Source of the DNA: Vulcanimicrobiales bacterium
GTDB taxonomy: Bacteria > Vulcanimicrobiota > Vulcanimicrobiia > Vulcanimicrobiales > Vulcanimicrobiaceae
Assembly: GCA_038231455.1 (NCBI GenBank)
Contig: JBBRLI010000004.1
Span: 1 to 64,000, forward strand
DNA: 64,000 nucleotides
Reading direction: 5' to 3'
Translations under genes and position numbers: made by a program
Part shown: positions 20,019 through 31,950 of the stretch, in pieces
Layout of the letters: each line of letters opens with the position of its first letter
How positions within the stretch are numbered: the first letter of the stretch is position 1
The notes under the pieces: generated by a model
Seen by the model: only the letters and a program-made list of their open reading frames with translations
Database searches by the model: none
What the model was told of the DNA's origin: nothing

Positions 20019-21968
20019 GTGTTCCCAATTTTACTCAACGTGCGCGGACGCCATACGGTCGTGGTCGGCGGCGGCGCCGTCGCCGAGCGCAAAGTCCGCG
20101 GTCTCCTCGATGCCGGCGCCGCCGTCACCGTGATCAGCCCGATGCTCACGCCCAAGCTCGCAGAGCAAGCGGCCTCAGCCGAGCTAACGTGGTGCGAGCG
20201 GCGCTATGCACCGGGCGACCTCGATGATGCCTTCCTCGTCTTCTCGGCGACCAGCGACGACGCGGTCAACGCGGCGGTGACGCGCGACGCGCACGAGAGG
20301 GGGCTCCTCGTCAACGATGCGGGCGACGCCGAGCGCGGCGATTTTGCCACGCCCGCCACCCATCGGTCAGGCCCGCTCACGGTCACGGTCGACTCATCCG
20401 GACTTTCGCCATCGTTTACGAAGCGAATTCGTGATGAACTAGCCTTACAGTTTGATGCGCGGTACGGCCGCGCGGCAGCAACGCTCGGCAGCTTGCGCGA
20501 ACACGTCGCAGCCGTCGTGCCGCTCGCGCGGCGCGCGGCGGTGATGAAGAAGTTGGCGGAGCGCGACATCGATGACTTAGCTGCGATGCCGCGCGGCGAT
20601 ATCGAACACGAAGTGGAGCGAACGGTGACCGAACTCGAGGGGGCCGACACGGCCGTGCCCGCGACCCTGATCTGCGCCTCGCGCGCAAGCGCCCTTGCGA
20701 TGACGCAAACGCGCATGATGATGGCCAAACTCGGAGCGGGCGGCATCGCCTCAACCGTCCTCAATATCACGACCAAAGGCGACGCGGTCCAGGACCGTTC
20801 GCTTGCGGCGATCGGGACCGATTCGCTCTTCGTGAAAGAACTCGAGAACGCGCTACGCGACCACCGCGCCGACTATGCCGTGCACTCGTGCAAAGACTTG
20901 CCCAGCACGCTGCCCGAGGATATGCAGATCGCCGCGATCACCAAGCGCGAGGATCCGCGCGATGCGTTCTGCAGCGAAAAATACGAGAACCTCGCCGCGT
21001 TGCCCAAAGGCGCCCGGGTCGGTACCTCATCGCCCCGCCGCCGCGCCCAACTCCACGCGCTGCGCCCCGATCTTGTGTACGACGATATCCGCGGCAATGT
21101 CGATACGCGGCTGCGCAAGCTCCGCGATGGCGACTACGATGCAATCGTGCTCGCCGCTGCCGGCTTGAACCGACTCGGCCTGCGGGCGACGCACACCGTG
21201 CCCTTCGATCCAAGCGAATTGCTCCCGGCGGTCGGACAAGGCGCGCTCGCGCTCGAAACGCGGCTCGGCGACGGCGTTGCCCCGACGATCGACCGGCTCG
21301 TCGGCGACCGCGATACCACCCTTGCCGTCAGCGCCGAGCGCGCCTACCTGCGGACGCTCCGCGGCGGCTGCCAGGCACCGGTCGGCGCCCACGGCGTGAT
21401 CGCCGACGGTCGCCTCTTTCTGCGCGGCGCGATCGCCACGCTCGACGGTTCGACCGTGATCCGGGGCGAACGCTCCGCCGCCGTCGCCACGGTCAGCGAT
21501 GCCGAGGCGGTCGGCTCGGCCCTCGCCCACGAGCTGCTCGAACGCGGCGGCGATGCGATCCTTGCCGCCCTCACCGACGCCATCCCGGCCCTGCCGGTCG
21601 GTCCGCTCTCGGGACGCCTCTTCGTCTTACCGCGCACGCAAGACCGGCCGAGCCGGATCTCGCCGGCCCTGCGCGATCAAGGCGCCGAGGTCGTCGAGGC
21701 GGGCGATAGCGCCACCCTCAGCGCGCTCCTTGGAGAGCGCATTCCCGACGTCATCCTCTTCCCCTCATCGGGCTCCGTGATAGCTATCACCGAGTACCTA
21801 AGCGGCCTGCGGGAGAATATTTCACGACCGGTTGTCGCTGCGATGGGGCCCGCCTCATCCGAGGCAGCTCTTGCGTGTGGTTTTCCGCCCGACGTGATCG
21901 CGCCGAGTGCCGAGATCGGGTCGTTCGTTCAAACCGTCACGCGATTTGTATTGGAGAAGCACTCGTGA
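20019..21968 (+). CDS. hemC: Fusion: precorrin-2 dehydrogenase/ferrochelatase (SirC/CysG-N) + HemC + single HemD-like domain
   Basis: N-terminal VVVGGGAVAERK and VN..D..DF..PA. From about 20661: SRASALA..QT, LFVKELE, VHSCKD, GTSSPRR, IRGNVDTR, GGCQAP. From about 21600: HemD-like FPSSGSV and AAMGP. Confidence 0.9.
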   Translation: MFPILLNVRGRHTVVVGGGAVAERKVRGLLDAGAAVTVISPMLTPKLAEQAASAELTWCERRYAPGDLDDAFLVFSATSDDAVNAAVTRDAHERGLLVNDAGDAERGDFATPATHRSGPLTVTVDSSGLSPSFTKRIRDELALQFDARYGRAAATLGSLREHVAAVVPLARRAAVMKKLAERDIDDLAAMPRGDIEHEVERTVTELEGADTAVPATLICASRASALAMTQTRMMMAKLGAGGIASTVLNITTKGDAVQDRSLAAIGTDSLFVKELENALRDHRADYAVHSCKDLPSTLPEDMQIAAITKREDPRDAFCSEKYENLAALPKGARVGTSSPRRRAQLHALRPDLVYDDIRGNVDTRLRKLRDGDYDAIVLAAAGLNRLGLRATHTVPFDPSELLPAVGQGALALETRLGDGVAPTIDRLVGDRDTTLAVSAERAYLRTLRGGCQAPVGAHGVIADGRLFLRGAIATLDGSTVIRGERSAAVATVSDAEAVGSALAHELLERGGDAILAALTDAIPALPVGPLSGRLFVLPRTQDRPSRISPALRDQGAEVVEAGDSATLSALLGERIPDVILFPSSGSVIAITEYLSGLRENISRPVVAAMGPASSEAALACGFPPDVIAPSAEIGSFVQTVTRFVLEKHS

Positions 21969-22978
21969 ACCTCGCAGACCTCGTTCGATCCGGGATCGAT
22001 ACGAGCGGCATGGTCGAACGGCCACGTCGGCTGCGGCGCAGTGCCGCGCTGCGGGCGCTCGTTCGCGAGACGCACATCAATCGCGACGGTCTCGTGCAGC
22101 CGCTCTTCATCGTTGAAGGCACGGACGTGTGCACGCCGATCTCGAGCATGCCCGGGATCAATCGCTGGTCCGTCGATCGCGCCGTTGCCGAGTGCCGCGA
22201 GCTCGATCGGCTCGGCATCAAGGCCGTGCTGCTCTTCGGCATCCCCGATTTCAAAGATGCCGTGGGAACGTCGGCCTCCGATCCAAACGGCATCGTGCAA
22301 CTTGCGATCCGCGCCATCAAAGAAGCGCTGCCGCAGATGCTCGTGATCGCCGATCTGTGCAACTGCGAATACACCGACCATGGCCACTGCGGCATCATCG
22401 ATGCGAACGGCGATGTCGACAACGATCAAACGCTCGAACTGCTCGTGAAAACGGCGCTCACCTACGCGCGCGCGGGCGTCGATGTGATCGCACCGAGCGA
22501 CATGATGGACGGCCGTATCGGCGTGCTGCGCCGCGCACTCGATAAAGACGGCTTCACCAATGTGTTGCTGATGTCGTACGCGGTGAAGTATGCATCGGCG
22601 TACTATGGCCCATTTCGCGAAGCGGCGGATTCAGCGCCGTCCTTCGGCGATCGCCGCACGTATCAGATGGATGCCGCAAACGCGCGCGAAGCGCTGCGCG
22701 AACTGCGTCTCGACGTTGCCGAAGGCGCGGACATGATCATCGTCAAGCCGGCGCTTGCGTACTTGGATATCGTGCGACAGACGCGCGATGCAATGGAACT
22801 CCCGATCGCCGTCTACAACGTGAGCGGTGAATACGCCATGATCAAAGCCGCCGCCGAGCGCGGCTGGATCGATGAAGAGCGCATCGTCGATGAAACGCTC
22901 GGGTCGTTTGCACGTGCCGGCGCCGACATCATCATTACGTACTTTGCGAAAGACTACGCGCGCAGGCATCCGGTTTGA
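21965..22978 (+). CDS. hemB: Porphobilinogen synthase (Zn-type)
   Basis: RPRRLR, CNCEYTDHGHC, APSDMMDGR, YYGPFREA, VKPA, YNVSGEY. GTG start overlaps the upstream stop. Confidence 0.97.
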   Translation: MNLADLVRSGIDTSGMVERPRRLRRSAALRALVRETHINRDGLVQPLFIVEGTDVCTPISSMPGINRWSVDRAVAECRELDRLGIKAVLLFGIPDFKDAVGTSASDPNGIVQLAIRAIKEALPQMLVIADLCNCEYTDHGHCGIIDANGDVDNDQTLELLVKTALTYARAGVDVIAPSDMMDGRIGVLRRALDKDGFTNVLLMSYAVKYASAYYGPFREAADSAPSFGDRRTYQMDAANAREALRELRLDVAEGADMIIVKPALAYLDIVRQTRDAMELPIAVYNVSGEYAMIKAAAERGWIDEERIVDETLGSFARAGADIIITYFAKDYARRHPV

Positions 22979-23558
22979 TCGAAATCGGGATCGTCATTCT
23001 CGCCGGCGGTGAAGCGACGCGTCTGCCGGGCAAACTCGCACTCGATGCCGGCAACATGCCGATGATCGCGCGCGTCTACGGCAACGTTTCCCCCGGTCGC
23101 ACGACGTTCGTCTCGTGCAAAGAAACATTCGCACCGGAGATCGACGCGCTCTTACCATGCCCGATGGTGGTTGACCGGTGGGCGCTGCGCGGCCCGCTCT
23201 CCGGTCTCATCACGACGATGTCGCAGATGAAGTCGCCGTACGTGTTTGCCGTCGCCGGCGATGCGCCGTTCGTGGACGCAGCGTTCATCGATCGTTTGGC
23301 CGCGGAATTCCGCCCGGACGATCAGGCGATCGTTCCGCAGCACCGGATCGACAACGACGTTCGTCTCGAGCCGCTCGCCGCAATCTACGATCGCATCGCG
23401 TTTATCAACGCCGGGCTCCCGGTCTTGCGTTCGGGCAAAGGTGCGCTGCGCTCGGTGATTGAGAAACTCAACACGCGCTATATCAACGTCCAGGACGAAG
23501 CGGTGTTTGCCAACGTCAACACGCCGCAAGACTACCGACAGTTTCAGGAAGCCCACGC

Positions 23559-23562
<4 letters not shown>
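22975..23562 (+). CDS. mobA: Molybdenum cofactor guanylyltransferase-like NTP transferase
   Basis: ILAGG.ATRL.GK, GPLSG, AGDAPF, EPLAAIY, NVNTPQD. Confidence 0.85.
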
Positions 23563-24856
<1,294 letters not shown>

Positions 24857-24860
<4 letters not shown>

Positions 24861-25021
24861 GTCGCGTGCGACTTTCATCGGAGCGCGTCAAGTCACCGCG
24901 CAACCGCCCCGGCTCGGATAACGTCAAACGAGGCGACACCATGCGACCCGCCGTTTTCGTCGTTCCCGCGCCCGTGCGCGCCGCCCAACGCTCTGCGAGC
25001 GAGGTTCCCGCATGCCTCTAG
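24857..25021 (+). CDS. Possible 54-aa ORF bridging hemL and hemA
   Basis: ATGA overlap with the hemL stop; open to TAG at 25019-25021, just past the hemA start. Confidence 0.3.
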
Positions 25022-26346
25022 TGTGTCTCGGCCTCTCCCACAATACGGCCGCCGTTGAAGTCCGCGAACAGCACGCCTTCCCGGCCCATAAGATGGGCGA
25101 GGCGCTCGTCGCGCTGCGCGACTACGGCGCCGTTCGCGAAGCGATGATGCTCGCGACGTGCAATCGCTTAGAAATCTACGCGGAGCTGGAAGACTACGAA
25201 GCGGGCGTCTCACAACTCAAAGATTTCTTACGCAACTTCCGCCACGGCGATGTCGGCGACATGGATTCGTACATGTACACGCTGCTCGGGTCGCAGGCGA
25301 TCGACCATCTCTTCCGCGTCAGCACGGGCCTGGACTCGATGCTCATCGGCGAAGCGGAGATCCTCGGTCAAGTCAAAGACGCCTACATCCAAGCGCAGCG
25401 CGCGCATTCGCTCGGCAAGACGCTCCACAATCTCGCACGCGAAGCGCTCAACGCCGGGAAGGCCGCGCGTTCGCAAACGCCGATCGGCGGCGAATCGACG
25501 TCCGTTGCCACCGCCGCAATCGATCTTGCAAAACAGCACGTCGGTGCGCTCGGCGGCAAGAGCGTGCTGGTCGTCGGTGCGGGCAAGATGGGGACTCTTG
25601 CGGCAAAACGCCTCAAACAAGAAGGCGCGGGCGAGATCATCGTTCTCAATCGTAATCATCAGCGCGCACGCGACGTCGTTGCCGAACTCGGTGTCGGCCG
25701 CGCAGCGGAAATGCCGGGCATCGTCGATGCCATGGCGGCCGCCGACGTCGTCGTCACCTCGACCGGCGCATCGCACTTCATCTTGACGCCGGGCAACGTT
25801 GCCGAGGCGATGCTCAAACGTCCCGACCGGCCGCTCTTCGTCATCGACATCGCCGTGCCGCGCGATACCGATCCCGAAGTCGCGCGGATCCCCGGCGTAC
25901 GCGTCATCGACATCGACGGCCTCAAACATCTCGTCGATGTGAACCTCGACCACCGTCGCGAAGCGATTCCGCTCGTTGAAGAGATCATCTCCGAGCACGC
26001 CGAGCGGTTCCAGCAGTGGTATCAGTCGCGCGTAGCCGTGCCCGTGATCGCCTCGCTCGTGCAAAAAGCCGAAGCCCTGCGTGAAGCCGAGGTCGAACGA
26101 CTCTTCGGTCGCTGCCCGGAACTGAGCGAACGCGAACGCATGCTCATTACCGGCATGTCGCTCACGCTCATCTCAAAATTACTCCACGATCCCGTGACGA
26201 AAATTCGCGACAAAGCGATCCAGAATCGCGCGGAAGCGATGACCCATGCGATGATGCTCGATGAACTCTTCGATCTGCAAGTGCGTTCGTTCGAACTCGC
26301 CGCAATCGCAAACACGGGCGCGCTCGAAACGGACGGCATCGATTAG
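25012..26346 (+). CDS. hemA: Glutamyl-tRNA reductase
   Basis: TCNRLE, GLDSMLIGEAEILGQVK, GAGKMG, DIAVPRD, LLHDP. Confidence 0.97.
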   Translation: MPLVCLGLSHNTAAVEVREQHAFPAHKMGEALVALRDYGAVREAMMLATCNRLEIYAELEDYEAGVSQLKDFLRNFRHGDVGDMDSYMYTLLGSQAIDHLFRVSTGLDSMLIGEAEILGQVKDAYIQAQRAHSLGKTLHNLAREALNAGKAARSQTPIGGESTSVATAAIDLAKQHVGALGGKSVLVVGAGKMGTLAAKRLKQEGAGEIIVLNRNHQRARDVVAELGVGRAAEMPGIVDAMAAADVVVTSTGASHFILTPGNVAEAMLKRPDRPLFVIDIAVPRDTDPEVARIPGVRVIDIDGLKHLVDVNLDHRREAIPLVEEIISEHAERFQQWYQSRVAVPVIASLVQKAEALREAEVERLFGRCPELSERERMLITGMSLTLISKLLHDPVTKIRDKAIQNRAEAMTHAMMLDELFDLQVRSFELAAIANTGALETDGID

Positions 26347-26347
26347 T

Positions 26348-27853
26348 ATGAAGCGCGGCAAAGTGTGGCTCGTCGGCGCAGGCCCGGGCGATCCGGGACT
26401 GCTCACGATGAAAGCGGCACGCGCGCTCGCGCAGTGCGACACGCTCGTGTACGACTACCTCGCCTCATCGGCGATCGTGAACCTCGCTCCGCCGGATTGC
26501 GAGAAGATTTACGTCGGCAAGAAAGCCGGCGCGCACACACTCAAACAAGAAGAAATTACGGCGCTGATCGTCAAGCTCGGCCTCGAAGGCAAACGCGTCG
26601 TGCGCCTCAAGGGCGGCGATGTGTTCGTGTTCGCACGCGGCGGCGAAGAAGCGCAAGAGCTGCGCGAAGCGGGCGTTGCATTTGAAATCATTCCGGGTAT
26701 CACTTCGGCGATCGCGGCACCCGCGTACGCCGGTATCCCGGTGACGCATCGCGATCACAATACGTCGTTCACGATTTCAACCGGTCACGAAGATCCGACT
26801 AAAGGCTACTCCTCACTCGATTACACGAAGCTCGCGAACCCCAAAGCAACGACGATCTTCCTGATGGCGATGCAAAATCTCGCCGGGATCATGGCCGAAC
26901 TCAAAAAGAACGGCGTGCCGGGCGACATGCCCGTCGGTATCGTGCGCGAGGGGACGAAGCCCACGCAAGAAACGCTGATCGCAACGCTCGATACCATCGT
27001 CGCCGAAGTCGAACGCACGAAATTTGCCGCACCCGCAATCGTCGTGGTCGGTAAGGTCGTTGGCGAGCGCGAAAATATCCGCTGGTTCGACAACGGTCCG
27101 CTCTTCGGTCAACGCGTGCTCGTCACGCGTCCTGCCGCGCAGTCCGATGATTTTGCCGCGCAGCTGTGGGAACTCGGCGCAGAGCCGCTGCTCGCACCGA
27201 CGATCGCGATCGGGCCGCCCGATAATCGCGAAGCCGCGCGCGCTGCGGTCGAACGTGCACGTTCGTATGCGTGGATCGTCTTCACGAGCCGCAACGGCGT
27301 CGATGCGTTCTTCGACCATCTTTCGGAGATGGGCCGCGACGCGCGCGCATTTGGCGATGCCAAAGTTGCCGCGATCGGACCGAAGACGGCCGAGGCACTC
27401 TCCGCACACGGCATCCGCGTCGATTTGATGCCCGCGAAGTTCATCAACGAAGCGGTCGCAGCCGATCTGATCTCGCAAAGCAAATCGGGCGATTCGATCT
27501 TACTCTTCCGCGCGGGTGAAGCACGCGACGTGCTTCCCGAGACGCTGCGCAATGGAAATCGCCAGGTCGATGATATCGCCGGCTATCAGACGACGACCGT
27601 CCACGATCCGCTCATCGCCGAACAAGCCGCGAACGCGACGATTTTCACGTTCGCAAGCGCGAGCGCTGTTACCGGATTTGTGGCGAACGTCAGCAATGCC
27701 GATGAGCTCACGCGCGGAAAAATCGTCGCCTGCATCGGCCCGGTCACGGCCGAAGCCGCACGCAAAGCCGGTCTGCATGTGGACGTCGTCGCCGAAGACT
27801 ACACGGTCGAGGGTCTTGTCGAAGCGCTCGAACACCGCCTCACGCCCGCTTAA
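26348..27853 (+). CDS. cobA: Uroporphyrinogen-III C-methyltransferase / uroporphyrinogen-III synthase fusion (CobA-HemD)
   Basis: LVGAGPGDPGLLT, RLKGGD, GGEE, PGITSA, then complete HemD (LVTRP, FTSRNGV, AIGPKT, FASASAV, CIGPVT). Confidence 0.95.
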   Translation: MKRGKVWLVGAGPGDPGLLTMKAARALAQCDTLVYDYLASSAIVNLAPPDCEKIYVGKKAGAHTLKQEEITALIVKLGLEGKRVVRLKGGDVFVFARGGEEAQELREAGVAFEIIPGITSAIAAPAYAGIPVTHRDHNTSFTISTGHEDPTKGYSSLDYTKLANPKATTIFLMAMQNLAGIMAELKKNGVPGDMPVGIVREGTKPTQETLIATLDTIVAEVERTKFAAPAIVVVGKVVGERENIRWFDNGPLFGQRVLVTRPAAQSDDFAAQLWELGAEPLLAPTIAIGPPDNREAARAAVERARSYAWIVFTSRNGVDAFFDHLSEMGRDARAFGDAKVAAIGPKTAEALSAHGIRVDLMPAKFINEAVAADLISQSKSGDSILLFRAGEARDVLPETLRNGNRQVDDIAGYQTTTVHDPLIAEQAANATIFTFASASAVTGFVANVSNADELTRGKIVACIGPVTAEAARKAGLHVDVVAEDYTVEGLVEALEHRLTPA

Positions 27854-27858
27854 GCACG

Positions 27859-28710
27859 TTGTTCCTCTCCCAGCTCATCATCGGCGCTGCATTCGCGGCG
27901 CTGATTTCGTTTGCGGCCAGCCGCGTTCACGCACTCTCGCCAAGCGGCGCAATCGCGGCGTTCGTCGTTGGAACGATCACGTTCGGCTTGGGTGGTTGGC
28001 AACTCACGATCGTCTTGCTCGCGTTCTTCGTCTCATCGATCGCGTTGAGTCGCGTGGGTCGTAAGCGAAAGAAACAACTGACCGACATCGGGAAAGCGGG
28101 CGCGCGCGATGCTTGGCAAGTGCTAGCAAACGGCGGAGTCGCCACGGTCTGCTGCGTGCTCGTGCACGGCCCGATCGCGATCGCCGCGCGCTGGATTTCC
28201 GAGATCGATTCCGTCGCGTGGTTCTGCGCATTCGCGGGCGCCTATGCTGCCGCAACGGCCGACACGTGGGGCACGGAGATCGGGACGCTCTTAAGGCAAC
28301 CGCCGCGGTCGATTCTTACGCTCAAACCGGTCGCAACCGGACTCTCGGGCGGGATCACGCTTCCCGGAACCCTCGCGGAGTTCGCCGGCGCGTTCTTCAT
28401 AGCAATCGTCGCCGTCGGCGTTCTGGCGATCACGCCCATCTCACCGGGATTGCATGCCGGCACCACGGGCGTCATCATTGCCGTCACGCTGGGTGGAATC
28501 ATCGGCGCGCTCATCGATTCCGTCCTTGGGGCGACGCTTCAAGAGTTGCGTCGGTGTCCGGCCTGCGACCGCGCGTGTGAGACGAACCCCCACGAGTGCG
28601 GGGGCGCCACTGACCGAATCCGCGGCCTTCCCGGGTTCAGCAACGATGCCGTGAACGCGCTCGCGACGCTCGGTGGCGCGGCCATCGCGTTCGCTCTCGC
28701 TCCGCACTAG
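27859..28710 (+). CDS. DUF92 (TMEM19-like) membrane protein
   Basis: RDAWQVLANGG, ADTWGTEIG, SGGIT..G, DSVLGATLQ, NDAVN, plus a CPAC..HEC loop. Confidence 0.9.
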   Translation: MFLSQLIIGAAFAALISFAASRVHALSPSGAIAAFVVGTITFGLGGWQLTIVLLAFFVSSIALSRVGRKRKKQLTDIGKAGARDAWQVLANGGVATVCCVLVHGPIAIAARWISEIDSVAWFCAFAGAYAAATADTWGTEIGTLLRQPPRSILTLKPVATGLSGGITLPGTLAEFAGAFFIAIVAVGVLAITPISPGLHAGTTGVIIAVTLGGIIGALIDSVLGATLQELRRCPACDRACETNPHECGGATDRIRGLPGFSNDAVNALATLGGAAIAFALAPH

Positions 28711-28827
28711 GGGCACACGTGCCGGCGGTTCCGCGGCGCGATGCAAGTGCCCGAATCGACTTCGGTCCGCGCGGTGTTGTAGCCGGAGAGAGACAATCGT
28801 CACCCCCGCGCATTCGGAGTACTCCCT

Positions 28828-30405
28828 TTGGCCGTCGCAGCTCCGCGCCTCACGAATGGCGCCGCCCGCCCAGCAGCCCCGCCGCAAGCGAAGAGCGTCG
28901 TCGAGAAAGGCGGCGCCCTGACCTTGGTCGTGATCGGCGTTATGCTCGCGACCCTCATGCAGACGCTCGACACCACGATCGTCAACGTCGCGCTGCCCGT
29001 CATTCAAGGCAACCTCGGCGCGACGATCGACGAGGGCGCCTGGATCGTGACCGGCTATATCGTGTCGGCGGTTATCGTCATCCCGCTCACGCCGTGGCTG
29101 CAAATGCGCTTTGGGCGCAGGCAATATTACGCGACCGCGATCATCGGGTTCACCATCGCCTCCGTACTGTGCGGAATTTCGAGTTCGATTACGGCCTTGA
29201 TCTTTTGGCGTGTGGTGCAGGGGCTCTTTGGCGGCGGCCTCGTCGCCGTTGCACAGGCGACGCTGCGCGATTCGTTTCCGCCGGAAAAACTCGGGGCGAG
29301 CCAAGCGCTCTTCGCAATGGGCGCGATTGTTGGACCATCCGTCGGCCCCACGCTCGGCGGCTGGCTCACCGATAATCTGAGTTGGAACTACGTCTTCTTC
29401 ATCAACGTCGTGCCGGGTGTGCTCGCGGCGACGATCATTCTCTTACGACTAAAGAATCCGACCGATCCCAAACCCGTGCCGATCGACGGCGTTGGCCTGG
29501 GTCTGCTTGCGCTGGGCTTAGGCTCACTGCAGTACATTCTCGATGAAGGCCAACGCAACGACTGGTTCAACGACGGCCGGATCGTTTTGTTTACCGCGAC
29601 CGCGGCGATCGGGATCATCGGCTTTATCTTCTGGGAACTCTTCGGCACCGACCGGCCAATCGTCGATCTTCGTGTGCTCAAATATCGAGCGGTCGGCGCT
29701 GGCTCCGCACTCGGGTTCGCGATCGGCGCGACCCTGTACGGCGCGATCGTCATCTTGCCGCAGTACACGCAAGGCATCCTCGGCTTTACGGCAACGCTCT
29801 CCGGCGAACTCATCTTCGTACGCGCAATCTTCATCGCACTCTTCACGCCTTTTATCGCGCGCTTTGCGGGAGCCGGGAAGATCGACACGCGCATTTTACT
29901 GTTCTGTGGTTTTTTCTTAATCGGCACCGCGCAGATTTGGGTCGGTTTCCTCACGACGAGCGGCAACGATTTCTGGTCGCTCGCACCACCGGCGATCATG
30001 GGCGGAATCGGCCTCTCGATGCTCTTCGTTCCGATCTCCATTGCGATCTTGAGCGCCTTGCCGCCGGAAGCGATTCCGAAAGCAACGGCGTTTCAAAGTC
30101 TCTCGCTGCAACTCGGCGGATCGTTCTCAACGGCGGCACTCGTGACGCTGCTCTCGCAGCGCAACGCTTTCCATCAGGAAATTCTCGCCGCGCACGCAAC
30201 GCCCAACATGAACGTGCAACAGCTTATCGCCGCGCACGGATCGATCGGCAATCTCTACCAGCAAATCGTCATTCAAGCAATGACGCTCTCATACGCCGAC
30301 GCGCAATTCGCGCTCGGAGCACTCGCCTTCGCACTGATGCCGCTCATCCTCATCATGCCCCCCCGCCGCAAAGGCGGGGCCAAAGTGGAAGTCGCGCTAG
30401 ACTAG
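28828..30405 (+). CDS. DHA2 (EmrB/QacA) MFS efflux permease
   Basis: LDTTIVNVALP, RVVQG, GPTLGGWL, WNYVFFINV, LDEGQRNDWF. Confidence 0.93.
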   Translation: MAVAAPRLTNGAARPAAPPQAKSVVEKGGALTLVVIGVMLATLMQTLDTTIVNVALPVIQGNLGATIDEGAWIVTGYIVSAVIVIPLTPWLQMRFGRRQYYATAIIGFTIASVLCGISSSITALIFWRVVQGLFGGGLVAVAQATLRDSFPPEKLGASQALFAMGAIVGPSVGPTLGGWLTDNLSWNYVFFINVVPGVLAATIILLRLKNPTDPKPVPIDGVGLGLLALGLGSLQYILDEGQRNDWFNDGRIVLFTATAAIGIIGFIFWELFGTDRPIVDLRVLKYRAVGAGSALGFAIGATLYGAIVILPQYTQGILGFTATLSGELIFVRAIFIALFTPFIARFAGAGKIDTRILLFCGFFLIGTAQIWVGFLTTSGNDFWSLAPPAIMGGIGLSMLFVPISIAILSALPPEAIPKATAFQSLSLQLGGSFSTAALVTLLSQRNAFHQEILAAHATPNMNVQQLIAAHGSIGNLYQQIVIQAMTLSYADAQFALGALAFALMPLILIMPPRRKGGAKVEVALD

Positions 30406-30492
30406 ATTCCGGGCGCAGGTGCGCACGCGATCGCTAATGCGTGAAGAAACTGCCGAGCGCGGGCGACGTTCGCATGGCACGGGCAAACCGCA

Positions 30493-30783
30493 TCACCGAA
30501 ACGGACCGATGCCGGGCGTATAGCGTGTGACCGTATACGAATCTTGCGTTTGTCGTGGCTGAAACGCGTTCCAAACCATACGCGGATTTTCAAACCGAAA
30601 ACGACCGTCCTGCCCGGTCGTTATTGCAGCAACCGTTCCATCACCCGTGATTACGTCGACGCGGTACCACGCAAGCGGCGTCCGATCGCTTTTACTCAAC
30701 ACCGTCCCCGCGATCGTTTCGGCGCTCGCTGCGGATGCTACGGCGGCCAGAAGAACGAGCGTGAGGCCGATGCGGCGGAACAC
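30493..30783 (-). CDS. Small secreted protein with carboxypeptidase-regulatory-like domain
   Basis: Signal peptide; IAGTV..TPLA..V..TTGQDGRFRF. Confidence 0.65.
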   Translation of the reverse strand: MFRRIGLTLVLLAAVASAASAETIAGTVLSKSDRTPLAWYRVDVITGDGTVAAITTGQDGRFRFENPRMVWNAFQPRQTQDSYTVTRYTPGIGPFR

Positions 30784-31050
30784 TTAGGCGCTGGCTTTGG
30801 CTTTCTCGCCGTACTTCTTTTCAAGGTACGGGATGATATCGTCGTCGTCATCGAGCACCACGTCGCCGTCGACGAGGACGGGGATGCTCGTCTGGTTCGA
30901 GACGGCTTTTACTTCGTCGCGTTCGGAATGCGAGTGCGGCACGTTGACGATCTGATAATCGAGCAAGAGATCGGTCATCTTTTTGCGCACGCGCACGCAA
31001 TACGGGCACCATTCGGCTTGGTACAGGACGAGATTGGTCTTGAGACCCAA
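30784..31050 (-). CDS. Glutaredoxin
   Basis: WCPYC, IPVLVD, IIPYL. Confidence 0.9.
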   Translation of the reverse strand: MGLKTNLVLYQAEWCPYCVRVRKKMTDLLLDYQIVNVPHSHSERDEVKAVSNQTSIPVLVDGDVVLDDDDDIIPYLEKKYGEKAKASA

Positions 31051-31155
31051 CTGAAACTCCCCGGTCGGTAGAAACTGTGCGCTACAAGTGCGTCCGTGGC
31101 CAAAAAGGTTGCACGTTTGTCACAAGCGTAGTCCCAGAGTCCGAGGGTACTACAC

Positions 31156-31950
31156 ATGCTGGACCGAGCGTATCCAACCCGGTCACGACGCGCGATCGCA
31201 CTCTCGATCGCGACGCATACCGCTGTGCTCGCGCTCCTCGCGATAACGATAACCGGGAGCGGCCGCTTTGCGGCGGGCTTCTCCGATGCGCCGATCCATG
31301 TCGCAATCATGTCGATCACGCGCCACAACGTCGCGCAAAAGGCCCGGCCGGTGGTCGTGCGCCCGCCGGTCGGCGAGCCGAGCGCGCCCCCGGCCGCCCG
31401 CGCTCTGCGCGAGCAGGCGGTTCATCGCAAAACGCGCGCCGCGATTCCCGAGCGCACTCAAAGCGGTCCGGGGAAGATCATCGTCGATCGTGCGCCTGGC
31501 GTCCAATCGCTGAAGCTCGCCTCGACGTCCGTCGCGCCAAAACAACACGATGAACGTCTCACCTCGCAAACGCCATCGCAGGATCAGCCCGTCGCACCGC
31601 CAGCGGCAGCGCCACAAAATCCGTCGCCAGCTCCAAGCATAGCGGCCGCCGGAACGGCAACGGCCGGAACCGGCGGAGGCGGCGGCATCCCGGGCAGTTT
31701 CGGTCAGAATCAACCAGCAACGTTCTACCAGCAAGCAACGGCCGGGAACGTTCGCGCGCGCCTTGGGCCGCGCGATCTGGTGCGTATTCGCGTCGATGAA
31801 ACCGGACGCGCGACGGAGGTGGAATTCGTCCGCTTTAGCGGTACGGATTCGGCCCGCAGCGATCTCCGTGAGACGCTGCTTGCGATGCGCTATCTGCCCG
31901 CCGAGAACGACGGGATGCGTAGCGAAGGGACGATCGAGCTACACGTTTAG
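31156..31950 (+). CDS. TonB-like energy transducer
   Basis: N-terminal TM SIATH, Pro/Ala-rich linker, C-terminal VRIRVDETG..RYLPA..G. Confidence 0.65.
   Translation: MLDRAYPTRSRRAIALSIATHTAVLALLAITITGSGRFAAGFSDAPIHVAIMSITRHNVAQKARPVVVRPPVGEPSAPPAARALREQAVHRKTRAAIPERTQSGPGKIIVDRAPGVQSLKLASTSVAPKQHDERLTSQTPSQDQPVAPPAAAPQNPSPAPSIAAAGTATAGTGGGGGIPGSFGQNQPATFYQQATAGNVRARLGPRDLVRIRVDETGRATEVEFVRFSGTDSARSDLRETLLAMRYLPAENDGMRSEGTIELHV

Noticed and set aside
30478-30530. GGGCAAACC..GAAA..GGGCGTATAGC resembling a c-di-GMP-I riboswitch
   Set aside because: No recognisable P3 stem. It overlaps the 3' end of a minus-strand CDS and has no downstream same-strand gene to control.
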